From Oceanispirochaeta sp. (GTDB lineage Bacteria; Spirochaetota; Spirochaetia; DSM-2461): a DNA stretch of 64,000 bases. Each line of letters begins with the position of its first letter. Position 1 is the stretch's first letter. Location of the stretch: positions 288,001-352,000 of the forward strand of contig CAXXOA010000003.1 in NCBI GenBank assembly GCA_963666275.2, given 5' to 3'. Positions 35,753 through 45,381 of this stretch are shown here, one piece after another. The notes under the pieces were generated by a model. The model was not told the DNA's origin. It saw only the letters and a list, made by a program, of their open reading frames with translations, and did not search any database. The position numbers and the translations under genes are program-made.

Positions 35753-37270
35753 TTAGGGGAGAAAAAACGGGGCATGATTGGCTGTGAAAACAGGAGGGGT
35801 TCGTTTCAGTATGGTCCCCAGTTCGGGGATCTTGCGGAAATCTCTGTCCAGAAAATCCCTGACCTGCCTTCTGTTCCACCCCTCGGGATGGGCGAATTCG
35901 CTGTAAAGGGAGAGGTCTCCGTCATAAAAACGGTTTACCGCCAGGTCCTTTGCTTCTTCACTTCCTATGGGCATATTGAAAATAGAGACATTCAGAAAAT
36001 CAATATTCGCCGCGTTCTCCAGAACATAGTCCCTTGTGCGGAAGGCTTTTTCCCGGTTTTCCGATGGGGTTCCGAACATGATATACACATAGGTCCCGAT
36101 CCCCGCCTCTTTCAGATTGGCCAGTATGGTCTGCACTTGATCCGTGCGGATGCCCTTTTTCAGGCTGTCTAGTACGGTCTGATCTCCCGATTCCAGTCCC
36201 AGGCAGAGCATGACGCATCCCGATGCCGCCAGCTTGCGGCAGTAGGCTGCCCCTGTCATTTCGGGAAGGAAACGGCTGAACCCGTACCAGGGGGCTCCCG
36301 GGGGATGATTGAGGATCTTCTGCATAAACTGCCGGCTGATTTCACTGTCGCAGAGATGGATCAGCCGGGGTTCGTGCCTCTCCGTCAGGGTTCTGAGCTG
36401 TTCCAGCGACTCCTCCGGCGGGTCTTCGCAGTAGGGGTTGTCCTCCCACAGTTCGGAGCAGAAGGTACAGCGCTTCCAGGAACATCCCAGTGATGCGGTA
36501 AAGGGCAGAATTTTTCCGGGAGTGAGATAGTCCCTGCCCGGCTCTCTTTTGTAGATCTCGTCAAAAAAGGGCGTTCCCGGGCCTTTGTACTCCCTGCCTG
36601 TAAACTTGACTATCTCCTCTTCGCCCGGTCCGTTCTGGACCCTGTGGGCCAGCTGGTAGAGGAACACTGTATCTGAGGGGCCTTTGATCCAGGAGTTGAT
36701 CAGTCCCCCGCCGAGCTGTACTTTCACTCCCGGAAAGTTTTTGCGGATAAAACCGCACATGGCCATTCCTGTGAGAGCCTGACTCAGATAGCCCAGGGAA
36801 ATCCCCACGAATTTCTCGCCGCTTTTCTGAAGCAGTCCTGTCAGACGGCGGGAAAACCAGGGATAGAAAAGGTTCTCCTCCGGGTGTTCCCAGCTGTGGA
36901 TCAGATCCTTTGAATTCAGCGGTGAAAGCTGAGGATCCTGATAGTTGGCAGGCGAGACAATCACATTCCGGGAGGCTGCAGGAAGGGCAGAGGCTGCCAT
37001 GTAGCGGATATGGGATACCTTTTTTTTGTACTCTTCGAAAGTGAGGGGATCTCCTGTGAACTGCAGAAAGTGATCTTTCCTTTTCCGGATCATCAGGGAT
37101 TTGGGATCCTCCGGATTGGCAGGGGGCTGGTCACAGAGCCAGTGAAATCCTTCGAGAGCCCCGTCCAGAAGGGTCACCGGTTCCCCTGCCGTGATGAGGG
37201 CTCCCGCCAGACGGGAGAGGGCTACGGGTGGTTCGCAGTTCCGGACCTGAGGAGGATGGATCAGGAGCAT
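35753..37270 (-). CDS. Radical SAM protein (B12-binding-like N-terminal domain)
   Basis: CSWKRCTFC (CxxxCxxC), LGLESGDQ.VL..LKKG, YIMFGTPSE; N-terminus MLLIHPP. Confidence 0.88.
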   Translation of the reverse strand: MLLIHPPQVRNCEPPVALSRLAGALITAGEPVTLLDGALEGFHWLCDQPPANPEDPKSLMIRKRKDHFLQFTGDPLTFEEYKKKVSHIRYMAASALPAASRNVIVSPANYQDPQLSPLNSKDLIHSWEHPEENLFYPWFSRRLTGLLQKSGEKFVGISLGYLSQALTGMAMCGFIRKNFPGVKVQLGGGLINSWIKGPSDTVFLYQLAHRVQNGPGEEEIVKFTGREYKGPGTPFFDEIYKREPGRDYLTPGKILPFTASLGCSWKRCTFCSELWEDNPYCEDPPEESLEQLRTLTERHEPRLIHLCDSEISRQFMQKILNHPPGAPWYGFSRFLPEMTGAAYCRKLAASGCVMLCLGLESGDQTVLDSLKKGIRTDQVQTILANLKEAGIGTYVYIMFGTPSENREKAFRTRDYVLENAANIDFLNVSIFNMPIGSEEAKDLAVNRFYDGDLSLYSEFAHPEGWNRRQVRDFLDRDFRKIPELGTILKRTPPVFTANHAPFFLP

Positions 37271-37271
37271 C

Positions 37272-38282
37272 TCAGAGGCTCTCTTTTCTGTAGGTCATGG
37301 TCATTTTTTCAAGGTCCCGGCAGATTTCATCTCTCAGATCACGGGGTTCCAGGAGTTCCGCCTGGTCTCCGAAGGACAGGATCCAGCTTTTAATATCCCG
37401 TCGTCCGGATGTGGTCATTTTCAGGATCACCGATCCGTCGCTTCCCAGGGATATTTTCTGATTGGGTGTCCACTGCCTTTCCCGGATATACCGGGACTGG
37501 GCGGGGGCAAAACGGACTGTCACATTCAGAGGTTCATCCCAGTTGATTCCCCAGGCTCCGCCGAGAAGCTGCTGAGGATCAATATCCACCGGTTCTTCAA
37601 AGCTTTGTTCCAGAACCTCCAGGCTCGTGAATCTCTCTACCGCTGTGGTCCGGATGGTTTTCTCAGGCAGGGTCTGGATAAAGCAGTAGAGCCCGTCGTT
37701 CCACTCATAAAATCGCAGGGGGTTGAACAGGATCTCCTTTTTTGTGTTGTTCCGGAATGAGAAATATTCCGCCCTGCAGGTCCGGCGCTCAATGGCTGCG
37801 GAGATCAGCTCCTCCAGGAGCCTCTCCTTGCCCTCCAGGTTTTTGAATTTCCGGGGAACCGAAAGGAATACACGGGAGAAGCGGTCGATCAGTGTCTCCT
37901 CTTCTGTTTCGAGATGAAACTTTTCCAGTCTTGTCTTCAGGGTCTGTATGGTCTGTTTCAGCTCGGTTTCGTAAAGAGCAGTGCTTCGGGAGAGGATCAG
38001 GTAAAGCACAAGGACTTCTCTTTTGTTCAGTTCCAGACGGGGAACCCTGCCCTTGGGGGCTCCCTGGAAATAGTCCTCCATGATGCACCAGCGTTTCTGT
38101 TTTTCCGGATTCTCCAGCTGCATAAGGGGAAAGCCCAGCTCTTCGAAAGATTCGAAAAGCCGGTATACCGAGCGTCGGCTGATACCCAGTTTTTCCTGCA
38201 GGGTGGCTATTGTTACCCCTGAAGGATGGGAGAGAAGTTCAAAACCGTTGAGAAACTGTACAAGATTCCTGGCTGCAGGCAT
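37272..38282 (-). CDS. HTH-WYL-WCX transcriptional regulator (YafY/PafB-like)
   Basis: N-terminal wHTH (LQEKLGISRRSVYR..L...GFP), WYL-like core (Y.S...P...GLYC...IRT..VERF), WCX tail (WILSFGDQAELLEP.DLR). Start 38282 or 38294. Confidence 0.9.
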   Translation of the reverse strand: MPAARNLVQFLNGFELLSHPSGVTIATLQEKLGISRRSVYRLFESFEELGFPLMQLENPEKQKRWCIMEDYFQGAPKGRVPRLELNKREVLVLYLILSRSTALYETELKQTIQTLKTRLEKFHLETEEETLIDRFSRVFLSVPRKFKNLEGKERLLEELISAAIERRTCRAEYFSFRNNTKKEILFNPLRFYEWNDGLYCFIQTLPEKTIRTTAVERFTSLEVLEQSFEEPVDIDPQQLLGGAWGINWDEPLNVTVRFAPAQSRYIRERQWTPNQKISLGSDGSVILKMTTSGRRDIKSWILSFGDQAELLEPRDLRDEICRDLEKMTMTYRKESL

Positions 38283-38449
38283 GATTATCCACATTAATCC
38301 GAAACACTTTATTGGTAAAGCGTAAAGCTGAATTTTATGTCTTTTCCGTGACTGAGGGGGACTCCGGTTTTCTGCAGAAAATCATTGCTTCCCGGGACTA
38401 TATTCAATATTTTATATAAATAGAAACTAAAACATCAGGGAGAGTATCT

Positions 38450-38764
38450 ATGCCTGTCCTTCCCAAAAGCTTTGATGAACTGATTCAGAACAGCGATCTG
38501 CCTGTTCTTGTGGATTTTTATGCCGACTGGTGCGGTCCCTGCAAAATGGTGAGCCCCACAATCGCCCGTCTTGCGGGAGAGTACAAAGGCCGCCTGGTAA
38601 CCGTGAAAATCAATACGGAAAAAAAACCGGCCATTGCGGGAAAATATGCCATCCAGTCCATTCCGACGATTATGCTCTTTCATAAGGGAGCCTCTCTTAT
38701 GAGACTTCAGGGGGCCTATCCCTATGATGCCCTGAAAGCGGAGCTGGAAAAGGCTCTCCCCTGA
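38450..38764 (+). CDS. trxA: Thioredoxin
   Basis: VDFYADWCGPCKM, IQSIPT. Confidence 0.95.
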   Translation: MPVLPKSFDELIQNSDLPVLVDFYADWCGPCKMVSPTIARLAGEYKGRLVTVKINTEKKPAIAGKYAIQSIPTIMLFHKGASLMRLQGAYPYDALKAELEKALP

Positions 38765-38866
38765 TCTCCGGGGAAGAAACTTTTTGTAAAAAAAACATTT
38801 CATGTGTCATGATATGACATATTGCCTTTCTATAGTGTGCTTATCCAGAACAAAAGGAAGGAACCT

Positions 38867-39079
38867 ATGAGAAAGATCATGATACTCAATGAAAAAGACT
38901 TTAACGGCGAGCCGGGAGATCTCACAACTCTCGGTTTCCCCGGAAATGACGCCCTTTCCCAGGTGGATGATATTTTTATCATTCAGCCCTACAACACAAT
39001 CAAGTGCCTGAAAACATCCTCCACTTATCCCGGACACTATTCTGTGGCGGATTTTGTAAAATATGTACTAAACCAGTGA
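38867..39079 (+). CDS. Small hypothetical protein (70 aa)
   Basis: SD aaggaagg before ATG 38867; protein-like composition; fills the intergenic space. Confidence 0.6.
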   Translation: MRKIMILNEKDFNGEPGDLTTLGFPGNDALSQVDDIFIIQPYNTIKCLKTSSTYPGHYSVADFVKYVLNQ

Positions 39080-39097
39080 TCCTTTATGATCCTTATG

Positions 39098-39126
39098 TTG
39101 ACAACTCGAAACGCAGCCCGTACCAT
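39098..39126 (+). promoter_or_regulatory. Sigma70 promoter, probably yielding a leaderless mRNA
   Basis: TTGACA-17 bp-TACCAT, then 6 nt, then ATG 39133; no SD. Confidence 0.7.
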
Positions 39127-39132
39127 AGCTTC

Positions 39133-40119
39133 ATGAAAATACATAAAATTTTACTGGCAGCAATCGTTACAGCTGCCCTGTTTTTAGGCTGCGGCAGCAA
39201 AGAACTGCCTGAAGGCGCTGTTGCGGTGGTCAATAAAACCACGATTAGCGAAGAAGAATTCAACACAGAACTGAACAGATTCAAAGAGCAGTATGAAGCT
39301 CAGGGAATGACCGTTTCCGAGGACGATCTGGAAATGATCAAGCCCCAGCTGCTGGATTCCCTGATTATCAAAAATCTGCTTTTAACCGAAGCGGACGATC
39401 TGGGACTGACCCCGGATGAAGAGAGCATCAATTCTCAGATCGACGGTTTTAAAGCTCAGATGGGATCAGAAGAGGCATTTGCACAGGCTCTGGAAGCCAG
39501 CGGATACTCAGAAGAGCGTCTCCGGTCCGACCTGGGAGAGCAGTCTGTGGTGCAGCAGCTCTTCGAGCAGGAAGTGTATGCCAATATAAGTATTTCCGAA
39601 GAGGACATGCGCACTTTTTACGATGAAAACCGGGACACCGCTTTTGTTATTCCCGAATCTATAGAAGCCAGTCATATCCTTGTACGGGTTGATGAGAACC
39701 AGTCGGAAGAAGCCGCCCTGGATAAGATTCAGGATATTAAAGCCATGATCGATGAGGGAATGGATTTCGGCGATGCGGCGGTTCAGTACTCAGAAGGACC
39801 CAGCAATACAAACCGGGGCGTACTGGGGCAGTTCGGCCGGGGACAGATGGTTCCCGAGTTTGAAGAAGCGGCTTTTAATCTGGAAGTCGGAACAGTCAGT
39901 GAACCGGTTCTCACCCAGTTCGGTTACCATCTGATTCTGACAACAGCCAAAAATCCTGAAGAGGTCATGAGCTTTGATGAGTCTAAACAGTTCATTGAAC
40001 AGCAGATGAATCAGGATGCCCAGAATACCAAGACCATGGAATACATTGAAAAGATGAAGGATGATGCGGATATCATCCTGCCTGAATGGGCTATGCCCCA
40101 GGAGGAAACAGAAGAGTAA
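39133..40119 (+). CDS. PrsA/SurA-like parvulin peptidyl-prolyl isomerase lipoprotein
   Basis: Lipobox FLGC; SurA-N-like helical domain; ASHILV, FGDAAVQYSE, GQMVPEFEEAAF, TQFGYHLI. Confidence 0.92.
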   Translation: MKIHKILLAAIVTAALFLGCGSKELPEGAVAVVNKTTISEEEFNTELNRFKEQYEAQGMTVSEDDLEMIKPQLLDSLIIKNLLLTEADDLGLTPDEESINSQIDGFKAQMGSEEAFAQALEASGYSEERLRSDLGEQSVVQQLFEQEVYANISISEEDMRTFYDENRDTAFVIPESIEASHILVRVDENQSEEAALDKIQDIKAMIDEGMDFGDAAVQYSEGPSNTNRGVLGQFGRGQMVPEFEEAAFNLEVGTVSEPVLTQFGYHLILTTAKNPEEVMSFDESKQFIEQQMNQDAQNTKTMEYIEKMKDDADIILPEWAMPQEETEE

Positions 40120-40195
40120 GCCATCGGGCACTCTCTTTTAAGTTTCCCCCATCCCCTGACATTCGGGTTTCCCCCGTCGGATCAGGGGATTTTTT

Positions 40196-41323
40196 TTAGT
40201 CTGCGTAGGTATTCCTGATTTCCTGGATGGTTTCAATATTTTCAAGAAAGACCCGGACCACCTGGGGATCGAAATGCTTGTCCGCTTCACTTTCGATGTA
40301 ATTCAGACATTTCTCATGGGGCCATGGTTCCTTGTAGGGCCTATGGCTCCTCAGGGCATCATACACATCCGCTACTGCTGTGATCCTGGCCTCTATGGGA
40401 ATCTCTTCTCCTTTCAGTCCCAGAGGGTAGCCGGAACCGTCCCAGCGTTCATGATGGTTCAGGGCAATATTGGCCGCTGTCTCGATCAGCTGGTGGCCGA
40501 ACTCCTCCAGAGATTCCCCGTTTTCGGACTGGTTTTTAATATAAAAACTGACAAATTTATCGGATTTGAGGATGTTGTTGCCGTACTGGGTATGGTTTTT
40601 CATCACTTCCCACTCCTCGGGAGTGAGTTTGCCTTCCTTCAGCAGTATATGGTCGGGAATCCCTATTTTCCCGATATCATGTACAGGCGAGGCCAGCTTG
40701 ATATGATTGATCATCTCTTCGGTCCATCCCATTCCTTCGGCAATGCAGGCGCAGTACTCGGAAACCCTGAGGAAGTGATCTCCCGTTTCAAAGTCCTTGT
40801 ACTCCGCCGCCTGGGAGAGGATCCCTATGATCTGGCGCCGAGAGATATCCAGCTGTTTATTTCGCAGTTCCAGCTGCTGTGTCCTCTCCTGAACCAGCTC
40901 CTCCAGATGGACCCGGTAGCGCCGGTTCTCTTTGAGTAGACGGGATTTTTCCAGGGATTTTTCGATGGTATGCTGAAGGATCGACATATCCTGGAGAGGT
41001 TTTATCAGATAGTCCCAGGCGCCCTGCCGGAGGGCTTTGACAGCCGCATCCAGAGTTCCCGCTCCGGAGATCACCACAATGGGAAGATCTTCATCCTTTT
41101 CATGGGCCTGCTTCATAACATCATACCCGTCGGTATGGGGCATATTCAGATCGGTAAGCACCAGGGCCGGATTTTCCGATTCTATCATTTCAAGGCCGGT
41201 CCGGCCGTTGTCGGCGGAGACCACATTATACCCCTTTTCCTCCAGATAGATGGAGAAGAGTTCACGGATCATGGGCTCGTCATCGATGATGAGGATTTTT
41301 TCTGTTGAGCTGGGTTCTTGCAT
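40196..41323 (-). CDS. Response regulator with HD-GYP phosphodiesterase domain (RpfG-like)
   Basis: REC domain (ILIIDDE, TDLNMP, YLIKP); HDIGKIGIPD, HHERWDGSGYP, ADVYDAL..RPYK. Confidence 0.95.
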   Translation of the reverse strand: MQEPSSTEKILIIDDEPMIRELFSIYLEEKGYNVVSADNGRTGLEMIESENPALVLTDLNMPHTDGYDVMKQAHEKDEDLPIVVISGAGTLDAAVKALRQGAWDYLIKPLQDMSILQHTIEKSLEKSRLLKENRRYRVHLEELVQERTQQLELRNKQLDISRRQIIGILSQAAEYKDFETGDHFLRVSEYCACIAEGMGWTEEMINHIKLASPVHDIGKIGIPDHILLKEGKLTPEEWEVMKNHTQYGNNILKSDKFVSFYIKNQSENGESLEEFGHQLIETAANIALNHHERWDGSGYPLGLKGEEIPIEARITAVADVYDALRSHRPYKEPWPHEKCLNYIESEADKHFDPQVVRVFLENIETIQEIRNTYAD

Positions 41324-41360
41324 AGGTAATAGTATAGTGAATTCAATTTGAAATTTCCGA

Positions 41361-41390
41361 AAAAAAAACCGGGCTTTTCAGCCCGGTTAC
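41361..41390 (-). terminator. Rho-independent terminator of the minus-strand surface-protein operon
   Basis: AACCGGGC-ttttca-GCCCGGTT preceded on + by an A-run (U-tract on minus). Confidence 0.75.
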
Positions 41391-41406
41391 CGGTTTGTAG
41401 CTTTAC

Positions 41407-43071
41407 TTAGAAAAAAGATTTTCCTGTACTGAAAGCCATTAAGTCCGATGTGTAAAAAGGAACTTTAATAGTAGAATCCGTATAGTACTCAACTTTCCAA
41501 TAGTATGTTGAACTTAACGACAGTTTTGGTAAATCCTTACTTTCGAGAAAGGGAACACCAACAGCAGCAATTAGTGTTTGAGATTTACTAGTCCCCATAT
41601 ATATTCTGTAATAATGGGTTGAGTTAGCTTCCGTCCATGCCAGATCAGTTGCAGTTGATATTCCGGTGCTGCCATTGGCAGGATAGAATCTTGGATTTCC
41701 AAACTTATCTGCTGTTGGAAATAAACCATTCGTATATGTTTGAGATAATGAGGCTGACCAGTTTCCTGCAAGATCCTGACCCTGAATCTCAATGGTGGGG
41801 GTTCCATAGATGCTGACAGTCACTGTAGGAGTTGTTGAAGTGGTATAAGACCAGCTTCCATTATTTATCTGGTAGCGGAAAGAGTTTTCTCCGCCGGAGC
41901 CAGCACTGATATTAAATGTCAGAGTGTTATCACTGGTTAATAAAAGGCCACTGGGGACTGGAGTTGTATTGTTTGTGGGGGCTCCTGGTGGAGTTACATC
42001 ACGTCTTATCAATCTTGTTGTAGAAGTCGCTGAATTTCCCGCATTATCATAGGCGGTCACTTCAATATAGGCATCACCTTCTGCACTGAGGGATACATTT
42101 GTAGATGAAGAGTTTATTGCAGTGAACGTGACTGTAGGAGATCCGGAATTTTTAGCCCATGTGTAGGAAGCAATACCGCTGGTGGCATCAGAGGCAGTTG
42201 AATACATAACAGGACCTGTTGTTGCATTGTAGGAATTCTGATAAAGGATGGTTCCGCTATCATTAATGGAAATGCTGGGGGCTACATTATCAAACGTTAC
42301 GTTTGCAGTTGCCGTAGATGAAATATTGGCTGTACTGGCATTTGTATCGTTACCATCTCTGTATCTGGCATAAATTGTATTGACTCCCTGTGTGCCAATT
42401 ACACGCCCACTAACTGTATCAGTAATTCTACTGGCTCCGTTTGTAGGCTTCCAGCCGCTGGAATATAAGTCTCCATCACCAGATCCTACATGTTCAAAGT
42501 TAGCATTGTTTGATAATTCATAATAGGATGCCCCGTTTGAATTGACTTCAACATCAACTAAATAGCTATTAATATAATCATCATCGATAGTTATGTATCC
42601 TCTTGGAGGATTTAAAGTGGTAAATCCAACAATGTATGAGTCTCTCAATAGACTTCCATCAACACCAGACAACCCTTCAGTGATCGATAATTGATAGTTT
42701 ACCGGACCATCAAAGTATGGATAGGGGCTGATACTGAGAACATTATTGGTGCTGTTAAAGGAGTAATTCAGGGCATTGTCTTCATTTTCTGATTCAAAAG
42801 AAATACCATTCGCATTAACTATAGATATGAATCCTTTTGCCGTTTCTAAATCAATTTCCCTGTCAAACGCAATTTCTATCGTATCTCCGGGATTAAAATC
42901 ATTTACGCCATCATCCGGGGAAATACTAACAATCTCCAGATACAGATCATTGGCCATTTTGACTTCGTCTTCCAGACCTTCCAGAAGATTCGTCGGATCC
43001 TTACAGGTCATCAGGCCTGCCAGAAGAAGAATGCCCCCAGCAATTTGAAATACTTTTTTTATTCGCTCCAT
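41407..43071 (-). CDS. Ser/Thr-rich Ig-like-domain surface lipoprotein
   Basis: Lipobox-like LMTC; SbsA/Big_5-like domain (SISPDDG...IEIAFDREID), Ig repeats (D..AP, DNAGNS, DLAGNWS), C-terminal FN3-like P.NGST...YYWKVE. Confidence 0.8.
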   Translation of the reverse strand: MERIKKVFQIAGGILLLAGLMTCKDPTNLLEGLEDEVKMANDLYLEIVSISPDDGVNDFNPGDTIEIAFDREIDLETAKGFISIVNANGISFESENEDNALNYSFNSTNNVLSISPYPYFDGPVNYQLSITEGLSGVDGSLLRDSYIVGFTTLNPPRGYITIDDDYINSYLVDVEVNSNGASYYELSNNANFEHVGSGDGDLYSSGWKPTNGASRITDTVSGRVIGTQGVNTIYARYRDGNDTNASTANISSTATANVTFDNVAPSISINDSGTILYQNSYNATTGPVMYSTASDATSGIASYTWAKNSGSPTVTFTAINSSSTNVSLSAEGDAYIEVTAYDNAGNSATSTTRLIRRDVTPPGAPTNNTTPVPSGLLLTSDNTLTFNISAGSGGENSFRYQINNGSWSYTTSTTPTVTVSIYGTPTIEIQGQDLAGNWSASLSQTYTNGLFPTADKFGNPRFYPANGSTGISTATDLAWTEANSTHYYRIYMGTSKSQTLIAAVGVPFLESKDLPKLSLSSTYYWKVEYYTDSTIKVPFYTSDLMAFSTGKSFF

Positions 43072-45107
43072 TCGTCCACCTCTCTATTCTGAGCCTGTGA
43101 GGCCCGTCCGATTCCGCCGGTTCCCAGATGGGCTACCTCTACCGCCGCGGCGGGGTTAATTTCCTGAAGGGAGGCCAGGGCAGAGTCTGCGGTGGAGTAG
43201 TCCTCCAGTTCTGAACTCACTCTGGCCAGTCCGATCAGGGCCTTTTCACTGTCCGGTTTGATCTGCAGGGCTCTGTTGTAGTACCGGGAGGCTTCGGCGG
43301 GATTTTTATTCAGATAGTATATATTTCCCAGGTTCATAAGGCTGGGATAGAAGTCGTCTTTTGCCGCCACCAGTTCGAACTGGCTTTTGGCTTCGTCCAG
43401 GAAGCCGTAGCGGGCATAGGTGACGCCCTTACGGTTCATCAGGATCGAAGTGGCGCCCTTCTGTCGGATCTCTCCGTCAATGGCGGCAATCTGCAGGTTC
43501 ACTTCCCGTCTCAGGAACCGTCTCAGCTCCTGAGAGTACTGGTTTACAACCTCTTTGGGTTCGGGCAGATAAGCCAGGCCGCTGCTTTCGTACTCGGCAG
43601 CCGGAAAGGTCTGCCAGGCTTCTCTGACAGGGAAGAACCCGTACTCGCCGTTGTTTTCCCGGATCTGTTTGGCTCCGGTCTGCCAGGAGGCGAGAAACCC
43701 CTCTTTCACCAGAGTGATTTCCACTGGTACCCAGGGTTCGTTATTGATGAAAAGGAGGTTCTGGGAATTGGGAAAGTTCTTTTTTGCCACCCGTTCATCC
43801 ATATCGAGCTTATAGGCCACATAGATATGTCCCGGAATGGTTATGAAGGCGGCGGGAATTCCCGAAGCTTCCAGCATGGCTGCGTAGAGGACGGAAATAT
43901 CATCGCAGTCCCCCGCTTTGGAGACCAGGGTCTGCTGGGGAAACTGTATGTAGTCTACGGCTTCCTCGTTTTCCGACAGTTCCACGTAGGAGGAGGAGGG
44001 GTCCACCACATAGCCGATCCCGTAGAGATTGAGGGATTCGAACAGGCCCATGCCGATCTGGAAGTTCTTGTCCAGAGCGCTCAGGGCTCCTCCCCGGATC
44101 TCTCCCGAAAGGTTCCGGGAGTAGCTGTAGATCAGTGGATTGTTGGCTGTCACGAAACTGGCCGCCTTGCGGTCGTCGTCCCAGGTCATGGCATTCTTGT
44201 TGTTGATAAAAATCGTCAGGGGAACGGTTTTTTTCACCTCTTTTCCGAAATAGGTGTATTCCACATTGACCTCTCCGGCTACCTTCAATCCTTCATTGAT
44301 CTCAAAAATATTATTGGTGAACAGCCCCTGAAGATCCAGGGTTGCGGTTTCTCCCCGGGAAATCCGGCGGATTTCGCCGTCCGTATACTTGGGCTGTTCC
44401 ATATACTGGGGCACGTAGAAACTGGCTCTCACATTCTGGATCTCTTCGGAGGATTCGTTGGTGATTGTTACCTCTCCCAGGGCGTTTTCATCGTACCAGG
44501 TATAGTAGAGAGGGAATATCTCCGTGGAAAAGGGAATGACCCTCAGGGCAGCGCCTGAACCGCCGCTCTGGAAGTTATAGCCTATGGTCAGAGACGCTCC
44601 CGTGGCCTGATAGATTGTTCCGGCGGAAGATTCGCCCTGAATATAACGGCCTCCCAGACCTATGTTGAAGGAAGGGGACAGACGGAATGTCAGATCCGCC
44701 CCCCCTGTGTAATAGGGAAAGAGGGAGGACTCCGTATCCAGCATCCCGTAGGAACCGCCACCGCCTCCCCAAATCCTGAGAATGGAACGGGAAAAGGGGG
44801 ATATTTTAAGACCCACAGTGCCGCCGAAATTGAAATAGGAGAAGTTGATGGATCCCTGATTTATGGGGAGCAGGCTGTATTCGAACTGGGGACCGAAGTG
44901 GAGAAACTCCAGTTTCCGGAAGTTCAGTTCGCCTTCGAGCATGGCTCCGCCGCCGGTAGAGTAATAGGCGACGCCCTCGTCTGTCTCAGGTCCTGAAGGG
45001 AAAAGAAGGGTCGGCTGGGTTATCAGGGTAAAAGGGCTTTCTGCCAGCAGGGAAGCCTGTAGCAGAATGAAACCTGTAATTATGAAAATTGAAACTTTTT
45101 TAATCAT
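43059..45107 (-). CDS. Exported protein: putative beta-barrel + transglutaminase-like + TPR domains
   Basis: Signal peptide; amphipathic beta strands ending GASLTIGYNF; GDCDD...GHIY...WVPVE; TPRs (NRKGVTYARYG, NLGNIYY, ALIGLAR). Confidence 0.75.
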   Translation of the reverse strand: MIKKVSIFIITGFILLQASLLAESPFTLITQPTLLFPSGPETDEGVAYYSTGGGAMLEGELNFRKLEFLHFGPQFEYSLLPINQGSINFSYFNFGGTVGLKISPFSRSILRIWGGGGGSYGMLDTESSLFPYYTGGADLTFRLSPSFNIGLGGRYIQGESSAGTIYQATGASLTIGYNFQSGGSGAALRVIPFSTEIFPLYYTWYDENALGEVTITNESSEEIQNVRASFYVPQYMEQPKYTDGEIRRISRGETATLDLQGLFTNNIFEINEGLKVAGEVNVEYTYFGKEVKKTVPLTIFINNKNAMTWDDDRKAASFVTANNPLIYSYSRNLSGEIRGGALSALDKNFQIGMGLFESLNLYGIGYVVDPSSSYVELSENEEAVDYIQFPQQTLVSKAGDCDDISVLYAAMLEASGIPAAFITIPGHIYVAYKLDMDERVAKKNFPNSQNLLFINNEPWVPVEITLVKEGFLASWQTGAKQIRENNGEYGFFPVREAWQTFPAAEYESSGLAYLPEPKEVVNQYSQELRRFLRREVNLQIAAIDGEIRQKGATSILMNRKGVTYARYGFLDEAKSQFELVAAKDDFYPSLMNLGNIYYLNKNPAEASRYYNRALQIKPDSEKALIGLARVSSELEDYSTADSALASLQEINPAAAVEVAHLGTGGIGRASQAQNREVDEWSE

Positions 45108-45381
45108 GGATTTACCTCATTTTTATACGAGTTTCCTATCTATTATAATAGTCCATTTTTTCCGGTCTCACCATGTAAAATGCATGGATAATTTATTCCA
45201 GTGAATGAATATATACTATTAAATATTAGTATTTTCAGTGTTTTTATAGAAAAGAACGAAATTGAAGTTTTTACTGCGTTTATCGCGATAATAGGGGCAT
45301 GAATCTACGAAAACCTTGAGTATCCTCCATGTCTACTTTATACTGCCTATGCAAAAATTAGCAAAATGGAGAGAACTATAT

